Part shown: in pieces, positions 9,353 to 19,531 of the stretch
How positions within the stretch are numbered: the stretch's first letter is position 1
Layout of the letters: each line of letters starts with the position of its first letter
Source of the DNA: Alphaproteobacteria bacterium
GTDB lineage: Bacteria; Pseudomonadota; Alphaproteobacteria; UBA6615
Length of the DNA: 50,548 nt
Direction of reading: 5' to 3'
Assembly (NCBI GenBank): GCA_965261975.1
Contig: CBDHEC010000019.1
Coordinates: 1-50,548, forward strand
The notes under the pieces: model-generated
Databases searched by the model: none
The model's input: the letters and a program-made list of their open reading frames with translations, nothing else
Told to the model about the DNA's origin: nothing
Made by a program: the position numbers and the translations under genes

Positions 9353-11689
9353 CTAATTCGCCGTCGACTGTTCGTCGTCCTCGGTGCCCGATCGCGGTAA
9401 ATCGACCTGCAGGGTCAACACAATGCGCGCGCCGGGAAGATCCTTACCCCGATCCTCGAGGGTCAGGCTTCCACCATGTTGTTCTACGATTCGCGAGACA
9501 ATCGCCAGCCCCAACCCCGTGCCCTTGGAACGCGTGGTGACATAGGGCTCGGTCAGGCGATCGCGCTCCTCAACGGGCAACCCGCGTCCGTTGTCCTCGA
9601 CGAGGATCGACGCTGTATTGCCCTTTTCGGTCAATTGCATCCGCACCCAGCCTTCTTCACGCTCTCCATCCCCTTCCGCATCGGGGCGACCAACAATGGC
9701 GTCGACCGCGTTCTGCAAGAGGTTGGTGAGCGCCTGACTGACAAGCCCTGAATCGCAATTCGCCAACACCGCGTGGTCCGGCATCTCGATTTCAAAAACG
9801 ATATCCGCGCGCGCCTGATCTTGCAGGAACACTGCCTCGCGACAGGTCTTTACCAAATCCACCGGCTGCATGACCGGGTTGGGCATGCGCGCAAACGCCG
9901 AGAACTCATCGACCATCCGGCCAATGTCCCCGACCTGACGGACAATCGTGTCGGTACATTGCGCGAAAACATCCGGGTCGCTCTGCACCTCGTCCAGATA
10001 CTTGCGTTTCAATCGTTCCGCCGACAACTGGATTGGGGTCAACGGATTCTTGATCTCATGCGCGATGCGCCGTGCAACATCCGCCCAAGCTGCCTTGCGT
10101 TGTGCGGATTGGAGTTCCGTGACGTCGTCGAACGTGACAACGAAACCGATCACGTTTTGCTGCGCGTCATGCTCCGCAGCGATCCGCACATGAAGGGTCT
10201 TTGTATCCGTGCCGGTTTGAATCGAGACCTCGTCCTCGACGAGCCGCTCCGGGTCGCCAATCGCGCGCGCGATGAGGCCCGCCAACTCCGGCACACATTC
10301 ACCGAGCTGGCGGCCCATGAGCTCGTCCATCCGCAACCCCAGCAACGCCGTCGCGGAACGGTTCGGCAGGCTGACGCGACCGGTGCTGTCGAGGCCGACC
10401 ACGCCCGCCGACACACCGCCAAGGACCGCCTCGGTGAACCGACGCCGGTCTTCAAGTTGGCGGTTGGCTTCGGTCAACTCGCTGCGTTGCTCATCAAGCT
10501 GGCGGGTCATTCGATTGAACGCACGGGTGAGCATGCCGATCTCGTCATCAGACCGACTTGCCTCGGCAAGACGCACTCCCAAGTTTCCCGAACGTACCAT
10601 TTCCGCGGCATGCACAAGGCTGGCGATCGGCCGGGTCAAACGATTGGCGAAAACAAAGGCGAGCCCGACTGCCGTCATCAGCAACAACAGCGTCACGATG
10701 ACGAAGATCGCCGCGAGTTCGATCTGCAAATCGGTCAACTCGGTTTCCACCAACGCGTAGTCATTTGCCGCGCGGCGGGTCGTCTCGCGAAGCTCCAAGA
10801 CGTTGGGGTCGATGAAACGACCGACATACAAGAACGCCTTCGGGCGTACGTCGAGTCCAACCAGGGCGCGCACCCGGTCGCGACCTTCCGCCACCAGGAC
10901 CACCGGCTCGCCATTGCTCGAATCTCCGTAGGCCCAGGCCGGCGGCAGGTCGAAGGTCAGCGACGATGTGAAGCCGGCTTCCGACAGAATACGGCCCGAC
11001 CGGTCAAGCAACAGCGCACCATGCACGGAATGGCGCTCCGCCAGGACATCGAGGCTGCGCTGGGTGCGTCGGCCGTCCGTCGCGATCTGCGGCCAGATAC
11101 GATTGAGCTCCTCGGTCATCGCAAACGCGTCGGAGCGGAAAGTCTGTTCATGCTCGCTCAGATAGGCTTCCGACACACGCACCGAGCTCTCGACGGCCTG
11201 GCGCACTCTGTCGCTGAACCAATTCTGGATCGTGACATTGAAGAACAGGGCCGCAAGAACAACAGCCAGGATCGCCGGGACGATCGCCACGATCGAGAAC
11301 AGACCGACAAGACGAACATGCAGCCGCGCCGCCGCAAGTCCCGCGCGTCGTTGTCCCCAAAGGCGCACCAGTGCCTGTACGACAACACCGCCAAGCGCCA
11401 GGACAAGCACCAGATCGACCGCGACCAGCACATCGAGCGCGGAATCACCCATCCCGAAATCGCTATTGCCCGTCAGGGTGAGGATCGTCGCGACAGCTGC
11501 GGTGACACCGACGATCATAAGCACGAATGCAAGGCGTCGCCCGATGTTCGCGCGCCCGGCCCACATGGCCACGCGCCGCATCGCGGCGGCGTCCCGGCGG
11601 CCCGAACCGCCCGCATATTCCGGGGTCGGCTCGGACGTCACCTGCAAGGGTTGTCCGTGCGCCTTCCCGGGGCTTACTTCATCGGTCAT
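9353..11689 (-). CDS. ntrY: PAS/HAMP sensor histidine kinase NtrY
   Basis: TM segments, HAMP, PAS, the H-box AWADVARRIAHEIKNPLTPIQLSAERL and the G-boxes. Start is uncertain (ATG 11689 or 11743). Confidence 0.93.
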   Translation of the reverse strand: MTDEVSPGKAHGQPLQVTSEPTPEYAGGSGRRDAAAMRRVAMWAGRANIGRRLAFVLMIVGVTAAVATILTLTGNSDFGMGDSALDVLVAVDLVLVLALGGVVVQALVRLWGQRRAGLAAARLHVRLVGLFSIVAIVPAILAVVLAALFFNVTIQNWFSDRVRQAVESSVRVSEAYLSEHEQTFRSDAFAMTEELNRIWPQIATDGRRTQRSLDVLAERHSVHGALLLDRSGRILSEAGFTSSLTFDLPPAWAYGDSSNGEPVVLVAEGRDRVRALVGLDVRPKAFLYVGRFIDPNVLELRETTRRAANDYALVETELTDLQIELAAIFVIVTLLLLMTAVGLAFVFANRLTRPIASLVHAAEMVRSGNLGVRLAEASRSDDEIGMLTRAFNRMTRQLDEQRSELTEANRQLEDRRRFTEAVLGGVSAGVVGLDSTGRVSLPNRSATALLGLRMDELMGRQLGECVPELAGLIARAIGDPERLVEDEVSIQTGTDTKTLHVRIAAEHDAQQNVIGFVVTFDDVTELQSAQRKAAWADVARRIAHEIKNPLTPIQLSAERLKRKYLDEVQSDPDVFAQCTDTIVRQVGDIGRMVDEFSAFARMPNPVMQPVDLVKTCREAVFLQDQARADIVFEIEMPDHAVLANCDSGLVSQALTNLLQNAVDAIVGRPDAEGDGEREEGWVRMQLTEKGNTASILVEDNGRGLPVEERDRLTEPYVTTRSKGTGLGLAIVSRIVEQHGGSLTLEDRGKDLPGARIVLTLQVDLPRSGTEDDEQSTAN

Positions 11690-11775
11690 TCGATGCTCGA
11701 TAGTGCACGTGGTTCCTTCAGCCCCGTTTGGGGTCGTTCCCATATGGGGTCACACGGGTGAAAACGCACGATGTC

Positions 11776-13224
11776 CTATTTTACGCCTCGCACAACATCA
11801 ATGTCTAACTCACGGATTTTCTTACGTAATGTGTTTCGATTGAGCCCCAACAATTCGGCTGCGCGGAGCTGATTGCCACGGGTCGCCTCAAGCGCCAGCG
11901 AGATCAGCGGACGTTCCAGTTCGTGCAACACGCGTCCGTAAAGGCCGGGTGCCGGCAAACCATCCCTGTGGGTCGAGAAATACGTTCGCAGATGACGTTC
12001 GACGGCATCCGAAAGCGATTCTTCCTCACTACCGGCTTCGTGTACGGAACCCGGCGCGGACTGCGCCAATTCCGCCTCCACCGTCTCGACGCTGATAACG
12101 TCCTGGCTGTACAACGCGGTCAACCGCTGCACGAGGTTCTCGAGTTCACGAACATTGCCCGGCCATCGATAGTCCTGGAGACGCTGCATGGCCGCGGGGA
12201 CAATGCTTTTGGGCGCTGTGTCCCTACCTTCCGCGTTGACCAGAAAATGGGCGACCAGTTCCGGGATATCCTCCGACCGCTCGCGAAGCGGTGGAATGCG
12301 CAACGGCACCACATTCAAGCGGTAATACAGATCTTCGCGGAACAGGCCCTGGCGGACGGCCAGGCGAAGGTCGCGGTGGGTCGCGGCAATGATCCGCACA
12401 TTGGTCGAGATGGGCGTGCGGCCTCCGACGGTCGAGTATTCGCCCTCCTGGAGCACCCGAAGAAGCCTGGTCTGGGCCTCGATCGGCATATCACCGATCT
12501 CGTCGAGGAAAAGTGTCCCGCCCTCCGCCTGCTCGAAACGCCCGGAATAACGGTTCGTGGCCCCCGTAAACGCACCCTTCTCGTGACCGAACAATTCGCT
12601 CTCGATGAGTTCGCGCGGGATCGCCGCCATGTTGATCGCCACGAAGGGGCCGAACTTGCGCTTGCCATAGTCATGCAGCGCGCGCGCAACCAGTTCCTTG
12701 CCCGTGCCCGATTCACCGGTCACCATCACCGTGAGGTCGGTATTCATCAGGCGTGCCAGGACGCGATAGATATCCTGCATCGCTGCGGAACGCCCGATCA
12801 GCGGGAGCTCCTCGTCTTCGCCGGGCAGCCCATGATCCGGCGCTGCAGCTGGTGAGGGACTTTCCGACAACGCGCGCTGGACGACTTCGACCACTTCCTT
12901 GAGATCGAAAGGCTTGGGCAAATACTCGAAAGCCCCGCGCTCTGTCGCACGAACGGCCGTCAGCAGGGTGTTTTGCGCGCTCATCACGATAATCCGAAGG
13001 TCCGGGCGGATCTTGCGGATGCGCGGTATCAGGTCCAGGCCGTTTTCATCCGGCATGACCACATCTGTGATCACCAGATCCCCCTCGCCGTCGGATATCC
13101 AGCGCCAGAGGTTGGCGGCAGTTCCCGTCGAGCGAACTTCATGCCCCAGACGCCACAGGGCCTGGCCCAGAACCGTCCGTATGCTCCGGTCATCGTCGGC
13201 AATCAGAATTGTCGCGGCGCTCAT
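11776..13224 (-). CDS. ntrC: Nitrogen regulation protein NR(I), NtrC
   Basis: Receiver domain (TDVVMP), [23 protein letters not shown] and Fis-type HTH ([12 protein letters not shown]). Confidence 0.97.
   Translation of the reverse strand: MSAATILIADDDRSIRTVLGQALWRLGHEVRSTGTAANLWRWISDGEGDLVITDVVMPDENGLDLIPRIRKIRPDLRIIVMSAQNTLLTAVRATERGAFEYLPKPFDLKEVVEVVQRALSESPSPAAAPDHGLPGEDEELPLIGRSAAMQDIYRVLARLMNTDLTVMVTGESGTGKELVARALHDYGKRKFGPFVAINMAAIPRELIESELFGHEKGAFTGATNRYSGRFEQAEGGTLFLDEIGDMPIEAQTRLLRVLQEGEYSTVGGRTPISTNVRIIAATHRDLRLAVRQGLFREDLYYRLNVVPLRIPPLRERSEDIPELVAHFLVNAEGRDTAPKSIVPAAMQRLQDYRWPGNVRELENLVQRLTALYSQDVISVETVEAELAQSAPGSVHEAGSEEESLSDAVERHLRTYFSTHRDGLPAPGLYGRVLHELERPLISLALEATRGNQLRAAELLGLNRNTLRKKIRELDIDVVRGVK
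11778..11807 (-). promoter_or_regulatory. Putative sigma70 promoter for ntrYX embedded in the 3' end of ntrC
   Basis: Minus strand TAGACA-N18-TAAAAT within an AT-rich patch of the last ntrC codons. Confidence 0.45.
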
Positions 13225-14351
13225 GCGCTTGCTCCTTCGACGGTCTCGTCGACCGGCAGCATCACCTTGAATGCGGTCCCGGTATTGTCGCTTTCCAGAT
13301 CAATGACCCCGCCATGATCGCCAACAAGCTTGGCAACGAGCGCCAATCCCAGGCCGCTCCCGTTTTTCTTGGATGTCACGAAGGGATCGAACAGGTAGGA
13401 ACGGACATCCGCCGGCACGCCCGCACCATTGTCGCGGACGGTGATCTCGATCGGCAGATCCACCCGTTCGCCGGTACCCGGAAGTGCGAGGCGCAAGCCA
13501 TTGCGGTAGCGGGTTTCTATCCGGATTTCGCCGGTGTTTTCATCGACAGCCTCCGCAGCGTTCTTCACCAGGTTGAGAAAGACCTGGATGAGTTGATCCC
13601 GGTTGCCAAATACCATCGGCAAAGACGGGTCGAACAACGGCACGAAGCGGATATTCCGGGCAAATCCGCTCTGGGCCGAACGCTGCGCACGATCCAGCAC
13701 CTCATGGATGTTGACCGCAGCCCGTTCCGGCAATCGCTCATCGGAGAAAGCTTCCATCCGGTTCACCAGCGAGACGATCCGATCCGCTTCATCACAGATC
13801 AACCTGGTCAGCTCGCGCCCGTTGTCGTCGGTATCGTCTTCGAGCAACTGTGCCGCGCCACGAATACCTGAAAGCGGGTTTTTCACCTCATGGGCCAGCA
13901 TCGATGCCATCGCTGTTACCGATCGTGCCGCGCCGCGATGTACCAATTGACGGTCGATATGACGAGCCAAGGTCTGTTCATGCAAACTGATGACCACCAC
14001 GCCATCGCTCTCGGACAGGGGCTGCGCCTGGACGGACATTTCACGCTCGTCCAGTCTCGGACCCACGATCGTGACATCTCGTTCGGCGTAACTCGCACCG
14101 GCGCGCCGTGATTTTTCTATGACGAAAAACAGAGGGTTGTCGGAAGTTATGAATCCATCCAGTGAATTTCCGACGAGGCTGTGCGCCCCGATGCCGAACA
14201 TCTGTTCGGCGGCGTAATTCACGTATCGAATGTCATTGTCCGCGCCCACCGCAATGACCGCATCGGAAAGAGAGTTCAGGACCGACATGGGCTCGACACC
14301 GGCAAACAGGACCTCGGCCGCATCCTGAGATCTGTCATCGGCAATCGACAT
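13221..14351 (-). CDS. ntrB: Nitrogen regulation sensor kinase NtrB
   Basis: PAS domain plus [30 protein letters not shown] and GSGLGLA; ATGA overlap with ntrC. Confidence 0.96.
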   Translation of the reverse strand: MSIADDRSQDAAEVLFAGVEPMSVLNSLSDAVIAVGADNDIRYVNYAAEQMFGIGAHSLVGNSLDGFITSDNPLFFVIEKSRRAGASYAERDVTIVGPRLDEREMSVQAQPLSESDGVVVISLHEQTLARHIDRQLVHRGAARSVTAMASMLAHEVKNPLSGIRGAAQLLEDDTDDNGRELTRLICDEADRIVSLVNRMEAFSDERLPERAAVNIHEVLDRAQRSAQSGFARNIRFVPLFDPSLPMVFGNRDQLIQVFLNLVKNAAEAVDENTGEIRIETRYRNGLRLALPGTGERVDLPIEITVRDNGAGVPADVRSYLFDPFVTSKKNGSGLGLALVAKLVGDHGGVIDLESDNTGTAFKVMLPVDETVEGASA

Positions 14352-15349
14352 TACGTGGCCTCCAGCGAAAGGTCGTGGAAGCGTCGCATTTCATCGAAAA
14401 TCACAGCCTCATCGAGCGTGTTGTTGACGATATTGCGAAACTCGGCCGCACCCGGAATGCCCGTGATGTACCAGCCGATGTGCTTGCGCGCATTCCGGAT
14501 CCCCGTGCTCACGCCATAAAGGGTGAGCATCCCATCGAGATGTTCGCGCAGGATCTGCCATCGCTCGGCGATATCGGGTTCGGGGCGCACTTCGCCGGTC
14601 GCGAAGTGATGCGCAACATCGCCGGGAAACCAGGGGCGCCCCTGGGCCGCGCGACCGATCATCACCGCATCGGCACCCGAGCGGGCCAGACAGGCGTAGG
14701 CATCGTCGATCGAGCGAATATCGCCGTTCGCGACCAGCGGGATCGATACCGCGTCCCTGACGCGGGCGATGAAGTCCCAGTCCGCCCTTCCGGTGTAGAA
14801 CTGGCAGCGGGTCCGGCCATGCACCGTAACCATCTCGACGCCGAGGTCTTCGGCAATGCGGGCCAGCTCCGGGGCGTTCCGACTGTCGTCGTCCCATCCG
14901 GTGCGCATTTTCACGGTCACCGGTATATCGACGGCGTCCACCACGGCCGCCATGATCTCCGTCGCCAGCGGGATGTCGCGCATCATTGCCGAGCCGCTGG
15001 CCTTGCGAACGATCTTCTTGGCCGGACAGCCGAAATTGATATCGACGATGTCGGCGCCACGGTCGACCGAAAGCCGCGCCGCGTCCGCCATGATGTCCGG
15101 TTCGGTCCCCGCGAGCTGGATCGATGCGGGTCCGTCGGCAGGATATAACAGCATGCGGCGGGCCGACTGGCGCGTGTTCAGGAGCATCTGTCGGCTGGCG
15201 ACCATCTCCGACACGACCAAGCCGGCCCCGAAACGCGCGGCGAGATTGCGGAACGGCTGGTCGCTGACACCGGACATAGGCGCCAGGATGACCCGGTTCT
15301 CGAGGCGGACAGGTCCGATTTCTAACGGTTTTGCGGTGTCGACGGCCAT
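14351..15349 (-). CDS. dusB: tRNA-dihydrouridine synthase DusB (NifR3)
   Basis: Motifs LAPMSGVSD, DINFGCP, TVKMRTGWD, VHGRTR and ANGDI; canonical nifR3-ntrB-ntrC order; TAATG overlap with ntrB. Confidence 0.95.
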   Translation of the reverse strand: MAVDTAKPLEIGPVRLENRVILAPMSGVSDQPFRNLAARFGAGLVVSEMVASRQMLLNTRQSARRMLLYPADGPASIQLAGTEPDIMADAARLSVDRGADIVDINFGCPAKKIVRKASGSAMMRDIPLATEIMAAVVDAVDIPVTVKMRTGWDDDSRNAPELARIAEDLGVEMVTVHGRTRCQFYTGRADWDFIARVRDAVSIPLVANGDIRSIDDAYACLARSGADAVMIGRAAQGRPWFPGDVAHHFATGEVRPEPDIAERWQILREHLDGMLTLYGVSTGIRNARKHIGWYITGIPGAAEFRNIVNNTLDEAVIFDEMRRFHDLSLEAT

Positions 15350-15351
15350 GA

Positions 15352-15424
15352 TGCCCAAAAAATATGCAAAAGATACGACTGACTACTGAATGGGCACTTT
15401 AAGGCGTATTGTGCGGTGCAACAA
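15352..15424 (-). promoter_or_regulatory. dusB-ntrBC promoter with two NtrC-like operators
   Basis: Sites TGCCCAAAAAATATGCA (15352-15368, TGC-N11-GCA) and TGACTACTGAATGGGCA (15380-15396). Minus-strand promoter TTGTTG-N17-TAAAGT at 15424-15396. Confidence 0.55.
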
Positions 15425-15439
15425 GACCTAACTTGCACT

Positions 15440-16252
15440 CTAGCCGATAAGCACATCGGTCACGAACTTGACCCCCGGAAACGCCAGGGTGATCAGCAGG
15501 TAGGCGAACAGAACGATCCGCGCCGCGCGGCGGCCACGCAGCCCGCTGCCACGATGAAGCAGCAGAAGCACCCCGATTATCACGAATGTCGCCACCGACA
15601 GGACGGATTTATGGTCCAGTTCGACGATGGCACCCGACGCGGACAACTGCGCCGCCACACCGGTCAAAAGCCCTGCCCCCAACACGACTTCAGCCGCCAC
15701 AAGGAGCCTGACCTGTAGATATTCAGCATCGGTGACCGCCGGCAGAATTTCGGTCCACCCCGAGACCTTGTGGGCGCGTAAGGCCCGTTCCTTGACCCAG
15801 ATCGCCAGCGCGGCCACGGCGGCAATGCTGATCAATGCATAGGTTATCAACGAGACGCCAATATGGACCTGCAGCCACGCCGTCAGCAGGTTTTCGGACA
15901 ATGGCTGTTCCGGTACGGACGACCAGGCCAGTGCGACGAGCGCCAGCAACACGAGATAGGAAAGCAGCACGCCGCTGAGCCGACGCGCGGCCGGCGACAG
16001 AATACAAACCAGCATGTAGATGACCATCGTCGCGGCAATGATCGTCCACAACGTTGCACTGAAACCCGTTCGCCAGATTCCGCCGGCGACGGATATATCG
16101 AGCGCCAACGGACCGACCGTTGCCACCGCCAGCAAGAGCCAGAACAGGAGGCCTCCCCTCGGCGTAAGCGCGTCGCGACGCCCGAACGGCAACAACGCCG
16201 CGGGCAATAGCGTCAGAAGCGCCGCCAGCCCCAATGTGATCGATCCACCCAT
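15440..16252 (-). CDS. Cytochrome c assembly family (CcsA/YpjD-like) inner membrane protein
   Basis: About 8 hydrophobic segments; LQVHIGVSLITY, ERALR, GLLTG, DHKSVLS, GLRGRRA and G.KFV..VL resemble YpjD. Start placed at ATG 16252. Confidence 0.8.
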   Translation of the reverse strand: MGGSITLGLAALLTLLPAALLPFGRRDALTPRGGLLFWLLLAVATVGPLALDISVAGGIWRTGFSATLWTIIAATMVIYMLVCILSPAARRLSGVLLSYLVLLALVALAWSSVPEQPLSENLLTAWLQVHIGVSLITYALISIAAVAALAIWVKERALRAHKVSGWTEILPAVTDAEYLQVRLLVAAEVVLGAGLLTGVAAQLSASGAIVELDHKSVLSVATFVIIGVLLLLHRGSGLRGRRAARIVLFAYLLITLAFPGVKFVTDVLIG

Positions 16253-16342
16253 ACCGGCATCATACGTGCCTCGTCCGCGCCGGTCACTGGCAGGTACTGG
16301 TGAACGCTGCAATTACCAAGCATCCGATTTGGGCGCGTTACC

Positions 16343-16371
16343 TTGGCAAGCCAAAGGCGGGCGACTAACGT
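16343..16371 (+). promoter_or_regulatory. Putative sigma70 promoter of ispDF
   Basis: TTGGCA-N17-TAACGT, 30 nt upstream of the GTG start. Confidence 0.5.
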
Positions 16372-16401
16372 GCGCCCAGAATTCGTCTGGAGTGGCCCCA
16401 C

Positions 16402-17565
16402 GTGCCCGAAACCGTAGCTCTCATCGTCGCCGCCGGCCGCGGATCCCGCATGCCGGGGGACGTGCCCAAACAGTATCGGCACCTGCATGGGCGCAGCATT
16501 CTTCGTCATGTGCTCGAGACATTCCTCGCACACCCCGCCATCGGCGACGTGCGGGCCGTCATTCACCCCGACGATCGCACCCGGTTTGCCGATGCCAGTC
16601 AGGGCCTGAACATCGGGACACCGATCCTCGGAGGGGACACCCGGCAGGCCTCTGTACACAACGGCCTAGAGGCCATTGCATCGGGGTCCGCACCAGAGCG
16701 TGTGCTGATCCACGACGGCGCCCGCCCACTCGCCTCGCGCGACCTGATCGACCGCGTGGTCGGGGCACTCGACGGTGCCGACGGTGCCGTTCCGGCCCTG
16801 CCACTGACGGATACGGTCAAGCGGGTAGACCAGGATGCTGTCATCGAGACGCTCGATCGCAGCGGGCTGTACCGGGTACAGACACCCCAGGGGTTCGGAT
16901 TCCAGGCACTGCTGTCGGCGTATGGTCGCACGGCCAACACCGAACAATTCACAGATGATGCGTCGATTGCCGAGGCCGCGGGCCTGCGCGTTGCGGTCGT
17001 TGAAGGCGAGGAACAGAACATCAAGATCACCCATGACGAAGATTTGGCTCGTGCGGCTGCGTGGCTGCATGGGGTTCGCGAAACCCGTGTCGGTACCGGC
17101 TTCGATGTGCATGCCTTTGGCCCAGGCGATCACGTGCGTCTTGCCGGCGTCGATGTCCCGCATGACCGCGCGCTTGCCGGCCACTCCGATGCCGATGTCG
17201 CGCTTCACGCGCTGACCGATGCCATCCTGGGCGCCATCGGCGAAGGCGATATCGGATCCCACTTCCCGCCAACGGATTCTCGATGGCAGGGCGCAGACTC
17301 CGGCCATTTCCTGGCCCATGCAATCGAGCTGCTGCGTCAGCGTCGAGGGGCTTTTGTGCATGGCGACCTGACGATCATCTGTCAGCAGCCGCGCATCGGC
17401 CCGCATCGCGATGCCATGCGCGCGCGGATCGCCGACATACTCGCCGTCGACGTCAACCGCATATCCGTCAAGGCAACAACAACCGAAGGGCTGGGATTCA
17501 CCGGGCGCGCCGAAGGGATTGCGGCACAGGCCAGCGTGACGGTTAGCATCGAGGCGAACGGATGA
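16402..17565 (+). CDS. ispDF: Bifunctional IspD/IspF (MEP pathway)
   Basis: IspD motifs [19 protein letters not shown] and QTPQGF; IspF motifs [18 protein letters not shown] and [10 protein letters not shown]. Confidence 0.97.
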   Translation: MPETVALIVAAGRGSRMPGDVPKQYRHLHGRSILRHVLETFLAHPAIGDVRAVIHPDDRTRFADASQGLNIGTPILGGDTRQASVHNGLEAIASGSAPERVLIHDGARPLASRDLIDRVVGALDGADGAVPALPLTDTVKRVDQDAVIETLDRSGLYRVQTPQGFGFQALLSAYGRTANTEQFTDDASIAEAAGLRVAVVEGEEQNIKITHDEDLARAAAWLHGVRETRVGTGFDVHAFGPGDHVRLAGVDVPHDRALAGHSDADVALHALTDAILGAIGEGDIGSHFPPTDSRWQGADSGHFLAHAIELLRQRRGAFVHGDLTIICQQPRIGPHRDAMRARIADILAVDVNRISVKATTTEGLGFTGRAEGIAAQASVTVSIEANG

Positions 17566-18074
17566 CGTCTGACCCGCAAATCGAACCGCGCGAGCCGAAG
17601 TTAGCGCGCATGATCGCCACATGGTTCGGCGCCGGCGACCTGCCGGGTGCCCCGGGCACATGGGGTTCGCTCGCCGCGCTCCCCTTCGCCGTGATCGCCG
17701 TCATGATCGGCGGGCAATTCCTCCTCATGGCGCTGATCCTGATCGGTTTTGTCGTCGGTGTCTGGGCCAGCGGCCGACTGGCTTCCTTTCATCGCCTCGA
17801 AGATCCCCAGCGCGTGGTGATCGACGAGGTGATCGGACAGTGGCTGGCGATCCTGCCGGTGGCGCTCGACTGGCGATTTTATGTGGTTGCATTCGTCCTG
17901 TTCCGGTTCGCTGATATCACCAAGCCATGGCCGCTGAAAAACCTCGAGAAACTGCATGGCGGCGTCGGCATCATGGCCGACGATATCGGCGCGGGCGTCT
18001 ATGCCGGCGTCCTGACATGGCTCATCGCTGTCTGGCTCGGAACGGCCGGCACCCTTCCCACCTTGTTTGGATAA
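17562..18074 (+). CDS. pgpA: Phosphatidylglycerophosphatase A
   Basis: Motifs APGTWGS, DP..VVIDEV.G, FR..DI.KPWP and GIMADD; ATGA overlap with ispDF. Confidence 0.93.
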   Translation: MTSDPQIEPREPKLARMIATWFGAGDLPGAPGTWGSLAALPFAVIAVMIGGQFLLMALILIGFVVGVWASGRLASFHRLEDPQRVVIDEVIGQWLAILPVALDWRFYVVAFVLFRFADITKPWPLKNLEKLHGGVGIMADDIGAGVYAGVLTWLIAVWLGTAGTLPTLFG

Positions 18075-18078
18075 CCCG

Positions 18079-18576
18079 ATGTTCGACGCCCAGCTCCTCC
18101 ACGACGCCGCCGAATTGCTGGAACTGTGCCGACGCGCCAAGTTGAAGGTCGCGACGGCGGAATCCTGCACCGGCGGCCTGATCGCCGGCTGCATGACCGA
18201 GATCGCGGGCTCGTCCGACGTGGTCGAGCGCGGCTTCGTGACCTATTCGAACGAGGCCAAGATGGAGATGCTCGGCGTCCCGAAAATGCTGATCACGCTG
18301 CACGGCGCCGTGAGCGAGCAGGTCGCCCGGGCTATGGCCGAGGGCGCGCTGGCCAAGTCGCTCGCGGATATCACGATTTCCGTCACCGGTGTGGCGGGGC
18401 CCGGCGGCGGCACCAAGGACAAGCCGGTCGGCCTGGTGCATTTCGCCTGTGCGGGGCGTGGCCGGCCGACGATCGCCCACCATGAAGTCTTCCCCGGCGA
18501 TCGCGCCGCGGTCCGTGACGCCACGGTCCAGACGGCGCTGGCAATCCTCCGCACCACGGTCACCAGCGGACACTAA
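18079..18576 (+). CDS. cinA: CinA-family NMN deamidase (PncC)
   Basis: Motifs ATAESCTGG, GFVTYSN, HGAVS, TGVAGPGGG and KPVGLV. Confidence 0.93.
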   Translation: MFDAQLLHDAAELLELCRRAKLKVATAESCTGGLIAGCMTEIAGSSDVVERGFVTYSNEAKMEMLGVPKMLITLHGAVSEQVARAMAEGALAKSLADITISVTGVAGPGGGTKDKPVGLVHFACAGRGRPTIAHHEVFPGDRAAVRDATVQTALAILRTTVTSGH

Positions 18577-18589
18577 CGGGAGATACGTG

Positions 18590-19036
18590 ATGGCGACGAA
18601 GGAACTCAACCAGGGCGCATACGAAAGCCGCGATTTCACGGCGATCCTCGATCATGTCTCGATCGGTGTGCCCGCCATCGAACCCGCCATGGCGTTTTAT
18701 CGCCCCACCCTCGCCACGCTCGGCCTCGTGGTTGTTATGGACAAGGGCTTCGCCGTGGCCTTCGGCAACGGCACGGGCCGCCAGTGGCTCTGGGTGAGTG
18801 AGCCGATCGACAAGGACCGCGCGGTAACACCCAACAATGGCGCACACTTCGCGTTCATCGCCGAATCTCGGGCGGCCGTACGTGAATTCTACGAGACAGG
18901 CTTGGCCAACGGGGGAACCGACGCCGGGCCGCCGGGCCTGCGTCCGGAGTACACCCCCACCTACTATGGGGCATTCCTGTTCGACCCCGACGGCAACAAG
19001 ATCGAGGCCGTCTGCCGCAAGGCGGAAGACGACTAG
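18590..19036 (+). CDS. VOC/glyoxalase family protein
   Basis: Motifs LDHVSIGV, NGAHFAF, GPPGLRPEY..TYYGAF..DPDGNKIEAV; SD GGGAGA before ATG 18590. Confidence 0.9.
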   Translation: MATKELNQGAYESRDFTAILDHVSIGVPAIEPAMAFYRPTLATLGLVVVMDKGFAVAFGNGTGRQWLWVSEPIDKDRAVTPNNGAHFAFIAESRAAVREFYETGLANGGTDAGPPGLRPEYTPTYYGAFLFDPDGNKIEAVCRKAEDD

Positions 19037-19512
19037 GCGGTCTGCGTTCCCACCGGCTCGTAGAGATCTGCGGCGCGTTTCTCGAAGGCCCCAACCATTC
19101 GGGTGATGGCTTCATGGAACAGCACGCCGATCATTTTCTCGAGAATACGGCTACGGAACTCAAACTCCACATAGAAGTCGATCTCGCAAGAACCGTCCTC
19201 GCGAGGCACGAATATCCAGTGATTGCGCAGGAATTTTAGCGGCCCGTCCACATACTCGACATCGATACGGGCGTCCTGTCCCTCTTGAACAGGGGTCAGG
19301 GTGACCTTGGACGTGAACCGTTCCCGGATCAGTTTGAACCCGACCACCAGGTCCGACCAGACGATCTCGCCGCCGGGTATACTTTCCCGCTTTCGGTTCC
19401 GCGCGGCGAGGCACCAGGGCAGAAAATCAGGATAGGTCTCGATATCCCCGACCAGCGCAAACAGCTGTTCGGGGGTATAGGGCAGAACTTTGATTTCCTT
19501 GTGGGACGGCAC
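19033..19512 (-). CDS. ratA: RatA/PasT (Coq10-like START domain) protein
   Basis: LPYTPEQLF.LV.DIE.YP.FLPWC, RERFTS, GPLK.L.N.W.F and AFEKRA; typical position after lipA. GTG 19512 inferred as start. Confidence 0.88.
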   Translation of the reverse strand: MPSHKEIKVLPYTPEQLFALVGDIETYPDFLPWCLAARNRKRESIPGGEIVWSDLVVGFKLIRERFTSKVTLTPVQEGQDARIDVEYVDGPLKFLRNHWIFVPREDGSCEIDFYVEFEFRSRILEKMIGVLFHEAITRMVGAFEKRAADLYEPVGTQTA

Positions 19513-19531
19513 GCGAAACGAAGCTTTGGAA

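Noticed and set aside
9773-11761. 662-aa + strand ORF opposite ntrY (similarly 19490-21379, 21731-22972, 28847-30469, 3280-4473, 38134-39240 and 45564-46613)
   Set aside because: These are antisense shadows of conserved genes, expected from high-GC codon bias. They have no recognisable motifs and their composition is not protein-like.
19033-19512. RatA as a toxin-antitoxin system
   Set aside because: There is no ratB/pasI partner, and the lipA-linked alphaproteobacterial protein is better read as a Coq10-like quinone-binding protein.
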